From contig NC_059432.1 of the NCBI RefSeq assembly GCF_021028975.2, positions 7,874,001 to 7,938,000 on the forward strand: a stretch of DNA of 64,000 bases, in the 5' to 3' direction. The notes under the pieces are model-generated. The model was not told where the DNA came from, searched no databases, and was given only the letters and a program-made list of their open reading frames with translations. Made by a program: the position numbers and the translations under genes. Origin of the DNA: Sphaerodactylus townsendi (Eukaryota). Below, piece by piece: positions 63,721 to 64,000 of the stretch (the first letter of the stretch is position 1; the number at the start of each line of letters is the position of its first letter).

Positions 63721-64000
63721 CTTTTTATCTTTACCAGACTGCAAAGTTAAAGATAATTTGCTATGGCAGCATATGATGCAGTTCCTTCTCAAGGACTGGG
63801 TATCCCTGCATTTTTTCCTTACAGAAAACCAAGACACTGACACTTTAAAATTCCATAAGCATGCCAAATAGTACAATTTTATATGCCATGTTATAAATGA
63901 TACATTTTTATTGTTAAATCAGTAAATCCAGTTTAAGTTAGACAGAGAAGCCTATATTTCATAAACTGAATATATTTATTACTAGCGGGGCCCGGCCACG

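Noticed and set aside
47000-64000. Expected head-to-head neighbour FBXL15 (adjacent to PSD in human, as recalled)
   Set aside because: No F-box or LRR coding sequence is recognisable in any frame; it is probably outside the window.

Overview
Eukaryotic (vertebrate) genomic DNA, most likely a squamate reptile and probably a gecko; this is inferred from Squam3-like and Sauria-like SINEs, a SPIN MITE, and CR1, L2, Dong/R4 and Penelope content. The window holds the 5' part of one protein-coding gene on the minus strand, PSD (EFA6A, an ARF6 guanine-nucleotide exchange factor with Sec7 and PH domains). Nine coding exons run from the ATG at 46886 to 1131. All have GT-AG boundaries and consistent phases, giving 2508 nt (836 codons) that reach most of the way through the Sec7 domain; the PH and coiled-coil exons lie beyond the left edge. 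The rest is intron or upstream DNA packed with decayed and nested transposons. Most notable observations: (1) one palindromic internal module is carried by non-autonomous DNA transposons with three different kinds of ends (two hAT-type, one Tc1/mariner-type), and one family embeds the other's terminus; (2) a phase-compatible candidate alternative first coding exon at about 14.1 kb; (3) inverted CR1 and SINE pairs bracket the first two coding exons, a circRNA/editing-prone layout; (4) a SPIN MITE with a perfect 8-bp TSD; (5) a tandem Dong/R4 insertion into a SINE (AAT)n tail. There is no prokaryotic-type system or CRISPR array. Repeat family names come from recalled motifs, not a database search.
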